Origin: Prochlorococcus sp. AG-355-B18
Lineage (GTDB): Bacteria > Cyanobacteriota > Cyanobacteriia > PCC-6307 > Cyanobiaceae
DNA length: 64,000 nt
Direction of reading: 5' to 3'
Assembly: GCA_003280965.1 (NCBI GenBank)
Contig: QCDI01000009.1
Coordinates: 22,778 to 86,777 of the forward strand
Numbering within the stretch: position 1 is the stretch's first letter; every line of letters begins with the position of its first letter. Shown in pieces: positions 1-9,665 of the stretch. A program made the position numbers and the translations under genes. Under the pieces are notes generated by a model. It was not told where the DNA came from. It ran no database searches and saw only the letters and a program-made list of their open reading frames with translations.

Positions 1-1093
1 TTATAGAATTAGACATTCGATAACTAAATTCAGTTAAATTTCTATTATTAAGCAACTTACAAAAATCAATTAAACTCCCAGCTCGTTCCGGTATCTCAAC
101 AGCCATCATTACCTCTTTACATTCTCCGAGCTCTGCTCTTTCTGCCACAAACCTAAGCCTCTCAAAGTTCATATTTGCACCACATGCTATGGCAACCAAT
201 TTTTTATTTGAATGATTACAATTCAAAACATCTTTTTTCAATCCAGCAATTGAAAGTGCTCCTGCAGGCTCTAATATGGATCTAGTATCTTCAAATACAT
301 CTTTTATTGCAGCACATATTTCATCTGTATTAACCCTTATCATCTTATCTATATATTTTTTTGCAATATCAAAAGTATTAATACCAACTTTTTTCACTGC
401 AACCCCATCAGCAAATTGTCCTACCGAAGATAATTCAACAATTTTTGATTCTTCTAAGGATTGTGACATGGCATCTGCATCCTCAGGCTCCACTCCAATT
501 ATTTTTACTTCAGGCCATATTTTTTTAATGTATAAAGATATTCCCGCTATTAATCCGCCTCCGCCTACAGCAATATAAATTGCATATGGTTTTTCTTTTA
601 GTTGATTTTCAAGTTCAATAGCTATAGTTCCCTGACCTGCTATTACATCTGGATCATCAAATGGATGAATAAAACATAAATTGTTTTCTTGACTTATCCT
701 TATTGCTTCTTTATAAGTCTCATCATAATTATCTCCAAATAATATAACTTTTGCTTTTAAATTTTTTACAGCGTTAATCTTTACTAGAGGTGTCGTAATG
801 GGCATTAATATAGTCGCTTGGCATTTTAACTTAAGGGCACTAAGAGCAACCCCTTGAGCATGATTACCAGCACTAGATGTTATTACTCCATTAGCAAGCT
901 GTGATTTACTTAGCTTGCTCATTTTATTGTATGCTCCTCTTATTTTGAATGAAAAAACATCTTGAAGATCTTCTCTTTTTAAGAAAACTTCATTTTTAAG
1001 TGTATTACTTAAATTATTAGCCTTTTCTAGCGGTGTTTTTTTTGCTACCTCATAGACTTCAGCTTGAAGTATCTTTTCAAAATAATCATTCAT
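1..1093 (-). CDS. ilvA: Threonine dehydratase, biosynthetic (3' end runs off window)
   Basis: Not in ORF track; hand-translated from ATG at 1093: MNDYFEKILQAEVYEVAKKTPLE...QDVFSFKIRGAYN...SAGNHAQGVA (PLP-lysine motif). Confidence 0.95.
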   Translation of the reverse strand, partial: MNDYFEKILQAEVYEVAKKTPLEKANNLSNTLKNEVFLKREDLQDVFSFKIRGAYNKMSKLSKSQLANGVITSSAGNHAQGVALSALKLKCQATILMPITTPLVKINAVKNLKAKVILFGDNYDETYKEAIRISQENNLCFIHPFDDPDVIAGQGTIAIELENQLKEKPYAIYIAVGGGGLIAGISLYIKKIWPEVKIIGVEPEDADAMSQSLEESKIVELSSVGQFADGVAVKKVGINTFDIAKKYIDKMIRVNTDEICAAIKDVFEDTRSILEPAGALSIAGLKKDVLNCNHSNKKLVAIACGANMNFERLRFVAERAELGECKEVMMAVEIPERAGSLIDFCKLLNNRNLTEFSYRMSNSI

Positions 1094-1210
1094 ATATATA
1101 TTTTTAGCACTAAATTATTAATCTTATAAAACATTACATAATCTATTTCAACAAAACTACTCATTTTGCGCCTCGGCGTTTTAGATTATATAGATACCTT
1201 TTTTTATGTA

Positions 1211-3100
1211 ATGCTTTTAAGTGAGTTAAGTCATCCAAATCAACTACATGGCTTAACAGTTTCACAATTAGAGGAAATTGCTTGTCAAATTAGAGAAAGA
1301 CATCTTCAAGTAGTATCTACTAGTGGGGGACACCTTGGACCTGGATTAGGTGTAGTTGAGCTTACATTGGCACTATATCAAACTCTCGATCTTGATTACG
1401 ATAAGGTTGTTTGGGATGTTGGTCATCAGGGTTATCCTCATAAATTAATAACAGGTCGTTTCAACCAATTTGACTCGCTTAGACAACAAAATGGAGTCGC
1501 AGGTTATCTTAAAAGAAGTGAAAGTAAATTTGACCATTTTGGGGCTGGTCATGCAAGTACATCAATCTCAGCTGCCTTAGGAATGGCAATAGCAAGAGAT
1601 AGAAAAGGTGATAATTATAAATGTGTAGCTGTTATAGGTGATGGTGCATTAACTGGTGGAATGGCTTTAGAAGCTATAAATCATGCAGGACACCTTCCTA
1701 ATACTCCTTTACTTGTAATATTAAATGATAATGATATGTCAATATCTCCTCCAGTTGGAGCACTTTCATCTTATTTGAATAAGGTTAGACTAAGTCCCCC
1801 ATTACAATTCTTATCAGACAGTGTCCAAGAAAGTGTAAAAAATATACCGTTAATTGGTAAAGACATTCCAGAAGAATTAAAAAATATTAAAGGAAGCGTG
1901 AGAAGATTAGCTGTTCCAAAGGTTGGAGCTGTTTTTGAAGAACTAGGTTTTACATACATGGGACCAATAGATGGTCATGACATCGGAAATTTAATTAACA
2001 CATTTAACGCAGCTCATAGACTAAAAAAACCAGTTCTTGTTCATGTAGTTACTACAAAAGGTAAAGGGTATCCTTATGCAGAAGCAGATCAAGTTGGTTA
2101 TCACGCACAATCTGCATTTGATCTGACTACTGGCAAATCAATTCCATCAAAAAAACCAAAGCCTGTTAGCTATAGCAAAATCTTTGGGCAAACATTATTA
2201 AAAATTTGTGAACAGGATAGCAAAGTTGTTGGTATAACAGCAGCGATGGCTACAGGTACTGGATTAGATTTATTGCAAAAGAATATACCAGATCAATATA
2301 TAGATGTTGGAATAGCTGAGCAACATGCAGTTACTCTTGCTGCAGGAATGTCGTGCGATGGTTTAAAACCTGTTGTCGCAATATATAGTACTTTTCTTCA
2401 ACGTGCTTTTGATCAACTAATTCATGATGTAGGTATTCAAAATTTACCTGTATCTTTCGTTCTTGATAGAGCTGGCATCGTAGGAGCTGACGGTCCTACT
2501 CATCAAGGTCAGTACGATATAAGTTATATGAGATCTATTCCTAATTTTGTTTTAATGGCACCAAAAGATGAGTCCGAGTTACAGAGAATGTTAATAACAT
2601 CAATTAACCACAAAGGGCCTACAGCTCTAAGAATACCAAGAGGTTCAGGATTAGGTGTGGCTGTAATGGATGAAGGATGGGAACCTTTAAATATTGGCGA
2701 GGCTGAAATATTAGAAGATGGAAATGATGTTTTAATTATTGCTTACGGCTCTATGGTTGCTTCAGCCATTGAAACATCAAGGATATTAAAGGATAAAAAA
2801 ATTAATTCATGCATCGTCAACGCAAGATTTGTAAAACCTCTTGATAAAAACCTGATTATCCCTTTAGCAAGTAAGATTAAGAAAGTAGTAACTATGGAAG
2901 AAGGAACATTAATTGGTGGTTTTGGTTCCGCTATTGTTGAGTTACTTAATGATAATGAAATAAATGTTCCTGTTTACAGGATTGGAATTCCAGATGTTTT
3001 AGTTGATCATGCATCACCTGATCAGAGTAAAGAAAAATTAGGTCTTATGCCTGATCAGATGGCAGATAAAATTGCTGATAAATTTGAATTAAATAATTAA
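1211..3100 (+). CDS. dxs: 1-deoxy-D-xylulose-5-phosphate synthase
   Basis: [38 protein letters not shown] motifs; ATG 1211 ([12 protein letters not shown]) preferred over TTG 1166. Confidence 0.97.
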   Translation: MLLSELSHPNQLHGLTVSQLEEIACQIRERHLQVVSTSGGHLGPGLGVVELTLALYQTLDLDYDKVVWDVGHQGYPHKLITGRFNQFDSLRQQNGVAGYLKRSESKFDHFGAGHASTSISAALGMAIARDRKGDNYKCVAVIGDGALTGGMALEAINHAGHLPNTPLLVILNDNDMSISPPVGALSSYLNKVRLSPPLQFLSDSVQESVKNIPLIGKDIPEELKNIKGSVRRLAVPKVGAVFEELGFTYMGPIDGHDIGNLINTFNAAHRLKKPVLVHVVTTKGKGYPYAEADQVGYHAQSAFDLTTGKSIPSKKPKPVSYSKIFGQTLLKICEQDSKVVGITAAMATGTGLDLLQKNIPDQYIDVGIAEQHAVTLAAGMSCDGLKPVVAIYSTFLQRAFDQLIHDVGIQNLPVSFVLDRAGIVGADGPTHQGQYDISYMRSIPNFVLMAPKDESELQRMLITSINHKGPTALRIPRGSGLGVAVMDEGWEPLNIGEAEILEDGNDVLIIAYGSMVASAIETSRILKDKKINSCIVNARFVKPLDKNLIIPLASKIKKVVTMEEGTLIGGFGSAIVELLNDNEINVPVYRIGIPDVLVDHASPDQSKEKLGLMPDQMADKIADKFELNN

Positions 3101-3121
3101 AAATTTAATAAATCAGATTTT

Positions 3122-3385
3122 TTATAAAACACCACGAGATGCTAATCCTAGGATGGCGCCAATTCCAAAAATGTGACCTAGACAGTTAGCTCCAACAACA
3201 GACGCGTGACTTAACCCGCCATAAAATTTTGAATTAGGTATTTCAAAACCCTCATTAGGTTTTCTTATAGTTGCTCTTGCAATTGCGTAAGCAAAAACAT
3301 TACATGCAATCATTACAACGGCACACTTTGGTGACCATTCGAATGTTGCTGGAGCAGAAGCAGCTGCAAATAATGTAGTAAGCAT
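3122..3385 (-). CDS. psaK: Photosystem I subunit PsaK
   Basis: 87 aa, WSPK..VMIACN and GHIFGIGAILGL C-terminal motif. Confidence 0.93.
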   Translation of the reverse strand: MLTTLFAAASAPATFEWSPKCAVVMIACNVFAYAIARATIRKPNEGFEIPNSKFYGGLSHASVVGANCLGHIFGIGAILGLASRGVL

Positions 3386-3451
3386 AAAAATTCGTTATTT
3401 TTATATATTCTCTAATACTTTTACTTAAAAAACACAAAATTGTTAAAGGTC

Positions 3452-3787
3452 TTAAGAGTTGTTTACTTCTAAGTTATTTAAGATCCGTATAAATCCAAGC
3501 AATATGACAAAATCACTTAGAGTTAAGAATGATTCTGCTAATCCATGTAGGAAGTCAACCTCAACGAGAGTTTTATCATAGTAATTTAAGGTTAAAATAG
3601 ATACTAATATAGTTATTAATACGAATAAAACAGTTAATGAAAAGCCAGTTTTTACTAATTTATTAATATCTTTAATTTTATATAAGTAATACAAAAAAAT
3701 TGCATATGGAACTATAGAAATTGCGAATAAAGCTGTGTTATCAATTGATCCTAATTTTCCTATAAATTTTAAAAATAGATCATTCAT
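3452..3787 (-). CDS. Conserved cyanobacterial membrane protein (DUF3593-like)
   Basis: LFAISIVPY..FLYYL, VDFLHGLAESFLTLS; overlaps upstream DUF2499 gene. Confidence 0.75.
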   Translation of the reverse strand: MNDLFLKFIGKLGSIDNTALFAISIVPYAIFLYYLYKIKDINKLVKTGFSLTVLFVLITILVSILTLNYYDKTLVEVDFLHGLAESFLTLSDFVILLGFIRILNNLEVNNS

Positions 3788-4082
3788 AAGTATTAGTAGC
3801 TCTAAAGATTTTTATAGAGGCCAAGGCTAATGTTGAATTTCCTATTAATGTAAATATCCCTTGAAGTGTAACTAATCCATATAATGCATCTTGATTATCA
3901 TAAATATGCCAAGTTATAGCGCACATAGCTCCTATTAAGTTTGGGATCATAGCGATGCTTAACCAATAAAATAAATTGTATTTTTTATATGTTGAAATTT
4001 TATATATGACAAATATGGCAAAAATCCATTCAATGACTGATGAGATATGTATTAACCAAGTTCCAAATGATAGTTCGTGCAA
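3780..4082 (-). CDS. Ycf49/DUF2499 family membrane protein
   Basis: LSFGTWLIHISSVIEW, AMCAITWH motifs. Confidence 0.8.
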   Translation of the reverse strand: MHELSFGTWLIHISSVIEWIFAIFVIYKISTYKKYNLFYWLSIAMIPNLIGAMCAITWHIYDNQDALYGLVTLQGIFTLIGNSTLALASIKIFRATNTYE

Positions 4083-4085
4083 AAT

Positions 4086-4622
4086 TTATATTTTTTTCTT
4101 TAAAACGTTAAGTACTTCCTTAGCATGATTTAGAGGTAAAACACTAATCCATCTATAGGAAATTTTTCCATTTGGAGAAATTAAGAAAGTATTTCTATCT
4201 GAGAATGGTGGTATCCAGGAACCATATTTTTCACTGATAATTCCGTCAGGATCAGATAATAAAGTGTAATTTATTGATTTTTCGCTACAGAAACTTTCAT
4301 GAGAATCTTGATTGTCTGCACTAATGCCAATAATTTCTGCATTATATTTTGAAAAATCTTTTTTTAATTCTGAAAAACCTTTAGCTTCGAGGGTGCAACC
4401 TGCTGTAAAATCCTTTGGATAAAAATAGATAACAAGCCATTTACCTTCAAAATCATTTAATCCCCAGACTTTTTTTGTTTTTATGTTTTTATTAAAACCT
4501 TCTAGTTGAAAATTAGGAGCTAGGTCCCCAATTTCAGGAGCAAAGTCAAATGCTAGTGCTGAATTACAATTTATTAAAAGAAAAAATAATATAAATACCC
4601 TGATCACTAAATTTCTCATCAA
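4086..4622 (-). CDS. bcp: Peroxiredoxin Q / BCP family with N-terminal signal-like segment
   Basis: YFYPKDFTAGCTLEA peroxidatic motif. Confidence 0.88.
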   Translation of the reverse strand: MMRNLVIRVFILFFLLINCNSALAFDFAPEIGDLAPNFQLEGFNKNIKTKKVWGLNDFEGKWLVIYFYPKDFTAGCTLEAKGFSELKKDFSKYNAEIIGISADNQDSHESFCSEKSINYTLLSDPDGIISEKYGSWIPPFSDRNTFLISPNGKISYRWISVLPLNHAKEVLNVLKKKI

Positions 4623-4624
4623 AT

Positions 4625-4861
4625 TTAGAATTTTTTCAAATCGACTCCATTTGATTTGGCAAATTTATCTAATCCCAATTTTTGTACAGATTTTAGAGCT
4701 TTAGTGCTAATCCTTATGTTTACCCATTTTTTTCCTTCTTCCCACCAAAGCCTTCTTTTTTGAAGATTAACTTGCTGTAATTTTTTTGTACGAATATGTG
4801 AGTGGCTTACTGCCATCCCGTTATTTGCTTTTGCACCAGTAAGTTCGCAAACTCTTGACAT
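4625..4861 (-). CDS. rpmB: 50S ribosomal protein L28
   Basis: [34 protein letters not shown]. Confidence 0.98.
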   Translation of the reverse strand: MSRVCELTGAKANNGMAVSHSHIRTKKLQQVNLQKRRLWWEEGKKWVNIRISTKALKSVQKLGLDKFAKSNGVDLKKF

Positions 4862-4900
4862 ATCTTTTGAGTTGTATCTTAAAAAATTTTAACATACTGC

Positions 4901-6805
4901 TTAAGTTGTTGAATTAAGCAATTCTGAAATTAATTCTGCATTATTATTTTGTAAACTAATTATCTGTTCTTGATCTAATCCACCTACGGATAGTTTAGCC
5001 ATATCGTAAACATGATTAGCAATTTTTGTTGCTAGTGGATTTTCAACAGATTCTTTTTCATCAATAATTATTTTATTGCCTTTAATTTTATTAAGGCCAA
5101 CAATAAGTGGATGTTCTTTATTAATTAGGAGGACATGATATTCAGGTAAACCCGGCATCTTTTGTTCCATATAGGCACCCATATCATTAATTCTTCTCAT
5201 TTGCTCTGGTAGCAAAATCATTGCTGGAGGTGCACCTTTACTAGAAAGAGACTGGACTTTAACTGTAACTTTCTCATTATTAAGTGCTTTAACTATCGTA
5301 TCTCTAAGATTTTCTGTATTTGATTTGCCATCCTTATCTACTATTTCTTTAGATTCATTATCTTCTAGTTCATTAATTTCTGAATCAACTCTTTGGAATT
5401 GATAATCTTCATTTTTACTTTCTAACCATGGAAGAAATTGTGCATCAATTAAAGGATCTGATTTAATAACTTCTTTGTTATCAGATAAACAGATATTTAA
5501 TGCACTAGACTGAGCAATCAAATCTGAACAGTAAATTATTTTTTTAGAGTCGATAATCTTATTTCTTTCTTTGTAACTTGCGAGAGTTGTAAAATACTTA
5601 TCATTTGATTTGATAAGAGATTTATTTTCAATATCCTTAGTTACGTCTTTTTCTGAATTGATAATTGTTTCAAAAATTATACTGTTATCTACTAAATCAG
5701 CAAATTTTTCATCTTCGATAGCACCAATTTTAATAAAAGCAGAGATGGAATCCCATATTTCAGCGTAAAATTCTGGAGAATTTTTTATCAAATCTTTTAA
5801 TTTATTTGCAATTTTTTTTGAAATAAATGATGATATAGACCTTACCTTCCTATCTGTTTGTAATGCACTTCTACTAACATTTAATGGTATGTCAGTAGAA
5901 TCAATAACCCCTCTTAGTGGTAAAAGATATTTTGGTACTATCTCTTTAATTGAATCGCTTACGAAAACTTGATTGCAAAATAGTTTTATTTCTCCCTTTT
6001 CCCAATCAGCTCTGCCAGACAACTTAGGGAAGTACAATATACCTTGAATATCGTATGGATAATCTGTATTTAGATGTATCCATAACAATGGGTCACCCTG
6101 AAAAGGATATAAGTATTTGTATAACTCAATATAATCTTCATCTTTTAATTCACTAGGTTGTTTTCTCCAAGGAGGATTTTTCTTGTTAATTGTCTCACCT
6201 TCTAATAAGACATCTATTGGCATAAAGTCACAATATTTTTTTATTAATGATTTAATCCTTTCAGGCTCAATAAACTCTTTTTCTTCTTCTAAAAGGTGAA
6301 GTATCACATCTGTGCCAATTGTCTCTCTTTTTGATTCCTCTAAGGTAAAATTTGGCGATCCATCACAAGACCATTTGAAAGCCTTTGATTCTCCAATTGC
6401 AGACTTAGTTAATATATCAACCCTATCCGCGACCATAAAACTTGAATAAAAACCTAGTCCAAAATGCCCAATAAATTCATCATTATCTTTTTTATATTTT
6501 GTTAGGAATTCTTCTGCGCTCGAAAATGCTACTTGATTTATGTACTTCTTAATTTCTCCGTCATTCATTCCAATTCCATTATCAGAAATCGTCAGAGTAT
6601 TTTTCTCACGATCAATTGTTATTTTTACTTGAGCCTCTTCTGTGTTTTCACAATCACCCGCCATAGAAGCCATTCTTCGCTTACTTATTGCGTCTACACC
6701 ATTACTTACTAGCTCCCTTAAAAATATTTCATGGTCAGAATATACTGCCTTCTTAATAATTGGGAAAATATTTTCGGTATTAATACGAATTTCGCCTTTT
6801 TCCAT
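4901..6805 (-). CDS. htpG: Hsp90 chaperone HtpG
   Basis: EIFLRELVSNGVDA, DNGIGM, IGHFGLGFYS, PLNVSRS. Confidence 0.97.
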   Translation of the reverse strand: MEKGEIRINTENIFPIIKKAVYSDHEIFLRELVSNGVDAISKRRMASMAGDCENTEEAQVKITIDREKNTLTISDNGIGMNDGEIKKYINQVAFSSAEEFLTKYKKDNDEFIGHFGLGFYSSFMVADRVDILTKSAIGESKAFKWSCDGSPNFTLEESKRETIGTDVILHLLEEEKEFIEPERIKSLIKKYCDFMPIDVLLEGETINKKNPPWRKQPSELKDEDYIELYKYLYPFQGDPLLWIHLNTDYPYDIQGILYFPKLSGRADWEKGEIKLFCNQVFVSDSIKEIVPKYLLPLRGVIDSTDIPLNVSRSALQTDRKVRSISSFISKKIANKLKDLIKNSPEFYAEIWDSISAFIKIGAIEDEKFADLVDNSIIFETIINSEKDVTKDIENKSLIKSNDKYFTTLASYKERNKIIDSKKIIYCSDLIAQSSALNICLSDNKEVIKSDPLIDAQFLPWLESKNEDYQFQRVDSEINELEDNESKEIVDKDGKSNTENLRDTIVKALNNEKVTVKVQSLSSKGAPPAMILLPEQMRRINDMGAYMEQKMPGLPEYHVLLINKEHPLIVGLNKIKGNKIIIDEKESVENPLATKIANHVYDMAKLSVGGLDQEQIISLQNNNAELISELLNSTT

Positions 6806-6922
6806 TTAAAAAAAAATCAAACATATAAATCCTATTTCCTAAAAACTAGTTAATCAAGTTTAATTAGGAGTATTGTCCGAACAAGATATTAATTAAAAAC
6901 TTAAATTAAATATTAAAAGTTT

Positions 6923-8074
6923 TTATTTAACCCAAACAATCTCAGTACAGTTATTTTCTTTCATAATTTGATTAGCTTTAGCCAAGTCATTACAAGGATT
7001 TAAATATAAGACAGCAATAATTCCACTTTTCTGAAGTTCTTTTTGCTCATTCATACCTTTTTCTAATAAATAAGAATCTTTAAACATTAATAAAATCTTT
7101 TTCTTCTCTTTCTTTTCATCCTTAATTAAATTTCTTAAAACATCTATTGAAATTGTAAATCCAATACCATTTAAAGTTTTCTCATTAGGACTAAAGAATC
7201 TAACCAGTTCATCATATCTTCCACCTTTTGCTATCACGTTTTTATTATTACCACTATCACCTATAAGTTGAAAAACTATTCCTTCGTATAAATTCAAGTG
7301 GGGTTGAAAAGTCGGATCAAGTTGTAATTTAACGCCGTATTTACTTGATATTTTTGAGATTGTTTCAAATAAAAAATATAAATCATCTAGATTTTTACTA
7401 GGGCCAAATATACTTTTCAATTTTTTTAATATTGCCATTGGTTCGCCTCTTGTGAACAATAAATCTTTAAGAATATATTTATCCTCCTCATCAATTCCTA
7501 ATTTGGATAATTTGACTTGATCAAAATTAACCAAACTTTTCTTAATTTCTTCAAAATTATTATTCTTATACTTATTCAAGATCAAGTCCATTATTTTTGT
7601 GGTACTAACTAGTAGACATAAATTACAATCATCCTTCAAATTAATATTATCTATGGAATCAAACAAAATATTGATAACTTCAATTTCGGGGTATTTTGTT
7701 TCATATCCAATTAATTCGATTCCACTTTGAAGTTTCTCTTGCAACTTAAAAGAATTTTTATTATTTTCTTTTTTATCGAAGACCATTCCGTTTGTGAACA
7801 ATCTTATTGGTCTTTTCTTATTTATTAATCTGGTAGATGATAATTTGACAATAGATGTAGTCATTTCCGGCCTTAGACATAATGAATTATTACTTACTAT
7901 TCCAACAACCTCATTTTCTTCAATAACACCACGACCTTTTATCGTCTCTAAAGTATTTATAAATGAAGGGGAAACTTCTTCATACCCCCATAGTTTATAA
8001 ATATTATTTAAATTATTTATGATATTAGAGTTATTCCTTACATCTACTAATTTAATTTCCTTTATATCAGTCAT
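6923..8074 (-). CDS. hisZ: ATP phosphoribosyltransferase regulatory subunit
   Basis: HisRS-like: LRPEMTTSI, QSGIELIG, GGRYDEL, GIGFTI. Confidence 0.88.
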   Translation of the reverse strand: MTDIKEIKLVDVRNNSNIINNLNNIYKLWGYEEVSPSFINTLETIKGRGVIEENEVVGIVSNNSLCLRPEMTTSIVKLSSTRLINKKRPIRLFTNGMVFDKKENNKNSFKLQEKLQSGIELIGYETKYPEIEVINILFDSIDNINLKDDCNLCLLVSTTKIMDLILNKYKNNNFEEIKKSLVNFDQVKLSKLGIDEEDKYILKDLLFTRGEPMAILKKLKSIFGPSKNLDDLYFLFETISKISSKYGVKLQLDPTFQPHLNLYEGIVFQLIGDSGNNKNVIAKGGRYDELVRFFSPNEKTLNGIGFTISIDVLRNLIKDEKKEKKKILLMFKDSYLLEKGMNEQKELQKSGIIAVLYLNPCNDLAKANQIMKENNCTEIVWVK

Positions 8075-8092
8075 TTTAATATTTATCGGTTC

Positions 8093-8941
8093 TTACGTAT
8101 AAAGATTTTTATTAAAGGGAGAAACATTATCTAGTTCTTTTTTTAATTCCTTCTCAATGCTGGGGGAACATGCAAGAATTCTTCCAGAACTTAAATTAAA
8201 TTCACCTGATGGATAATCCGAAATAGTTCCGCCTGCCTCTTTAACAATAATAGCACCGGCTGCTAAGTCCCAAACCTCTAGTCCCCTTTCCCAGTATCCA
8301 TCAACTTTTCCAGCTGCAACAAATGCAAGATCTACTGCTGCAGCTCCTCCTCTTCTAACTCCTCTAGTTTTATGTGTTAGATAACAAAACTCTGCATAAT
8401 TATTATCCTCTACCTCAAATCTGTCATAAGCAAAACCAGTAACTAGTAAGCTATTAGAAAGGTTACTAGGACTCGTTACTTTAAGTTTAATATCATTGCA
8501 AAACGATCCTAATCCTATGCAGGCAGAATATAATTCACTTAAATATGGTACTGATATAGCTCCAATAATTGGATTATTTTTATATACAAGTCCTATAGAA
8601 GATCCAAAAAAAGGATAACCATGAGAATAATTAGTTGTACCGTCTAATGGGTCTATACACCATGTTAGATCTGAGGATTTATTTAATTTCCCACTTTCCT
8701 CTGCATGAATAGATATATTGGGTGTTTCTTGTAATAAATATTCTTTTATTTTATTCTCAACTTCCAAATCGACATTCGTTACAAGATCACCTTTTCTCCC
8801 TTTTGATGAAATCTTTTGTATTTTATTATAATTAATTTTTAAAATTTCATTGCCAATTTGAGCAGAATTTTTGGCTATTTCATACAACCTAGGTAAGTTT
8901 ATTTGGTTTACAAGTTCTTCTATTTCGCTCATTTCAAACAT
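8093..8941 (-). CDS. suhB: Inositol monophosphatase family protein
   Basis: WCIDPLDGTTNY, WDLAAG motifs. Confidence 0.9.
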   Translation of the reverse strand: MFEMSEIEELVNQINLPRLYEIAKNSAQIGNEILKINYNKIQKISSKGRKGDLVTNVDLEVENKIKEYLLQETPNISIHAEESGKLNKSSDLTWCIDPLDGTTNYSHGYPFFGSSIGLVYKNNPIIGAISVPYLSELYSACIGLGSFCNDIKLKVTSPSNLSNSLLVTGFAYDRFEVEDNNYAEFCYLTHKTRGVRRGGAAAVDLAFVAAGKVDGYWERGLEVWDLAAGAIIVKEAGGTISDYPSGEFNLSSGRILACSPSIEKELKKELDNVSPFNKNLYT

Positions 8942-8943
8942 AA

Positions 8944-9318
8944 TTAATCTTCCTCAAATTCCCAAGGTGGCGCAACTCTTGTATTACCCCTTCCAAAATA
9001 TTGTCCAAATTGCAAGTCATAAACTTCATCTTCGTATGTTGTTTCTACTTCGAGATCTGCAGAGGCTTTAGCAACACAAAGAAGTGCATAAGCTTTATCT
9101 TTTAGGGCTTGAGAAACCCCCATTGCCTCAGGTTGCTTCAACTCACCAGATATTATTTTAACTGCGCAACTAGTACAGCAACCATTCCTACATGAAAATG
9201 GAAGCTTAAAACCTTTCTTTTCGAATTCCTTAAGTATGTACTCATCACTATTAACCTTCTCTCGGTAGACCTTTCCGGTTTCTTTATTTTTAATAGTGAC
9301 TGTGAAAGTCTTCTTCAA
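8944..9318 (-). CDS. 2Fe-2S ferredoxin
   Basis: LPFSCRNGCCTSCA...ALLC; TTG start. Confidence 0.9.
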   Translation of the reverse strand: MKKTFTVTIKNKETGKVYREKVNSDEYILKEFEKKGFKLPFSCRNGCCTSCAVKIISGELKQPEAMGVSQALKDKAYALLCVAKASADLEVETTYEDEVYDLQFGQYFGRGNTRVAPPWEFEED

Positions 9319-9367
9319 ATAACTTTCCTCAAAAATGGGATGATAAAGGGTTAAAATAGTTTTCTTG

Positions 9368-9454
9368 GGAGAGGTGGCCGAGTGGTTGAAGGCGCAGCAC
9401 TGGAAATGCTGTATAGGGGCAACTTTATCGAGGGTTCGAATCCCTCTCTCTCCG
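9368..9454 (+). tRNA. tRNA-Ser (GGA)
   Basis: Acceptor GGAGAGG/TCTCTCC+G, anticodon arm CAGCA-CT-GGA-AA-TGCTG, long variable arm, GGTTCGAATCC T-arm; CCA not encoded. Confidence 0.97.
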
Positions 9455-9665
9455 TTTTAGTTTAGTTGATTTTGGTTAATTACATCAACAAGCTCTCTGA
9501 AAAGGATACCTCAAAATTGATGATTAACAGTTTGTAAGGTTATAAATAATCTTATTTATTTAAATTAAGTTGAAAATATTAGATTTTTACTATTATATGT
9601 AAATATCAAAGATATAAATTGATTTAATTATTAGTAAATTTTGCTTAATTTAGCAATCTAAAATC

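Noticed and set aside
276..578. 100-aa + strand ORF
   Set aside because: Antisense shadow of ilvA
1166..1210. Upstream TTG extensions in the ORF track (dxs; similarly rpmG 44148 and the 51798 ORF) and the ATG 11614 extension of dnaJ
   Set aside because: Downstream ATGs give more plausible N-termini, matching the family start for dxs, rpmG and dnaJ
9455..9665. Island at tRNA-Ser
   Set aside because: Flanked directly by core genes (ferredoxin, dnaK); no inserted DNA
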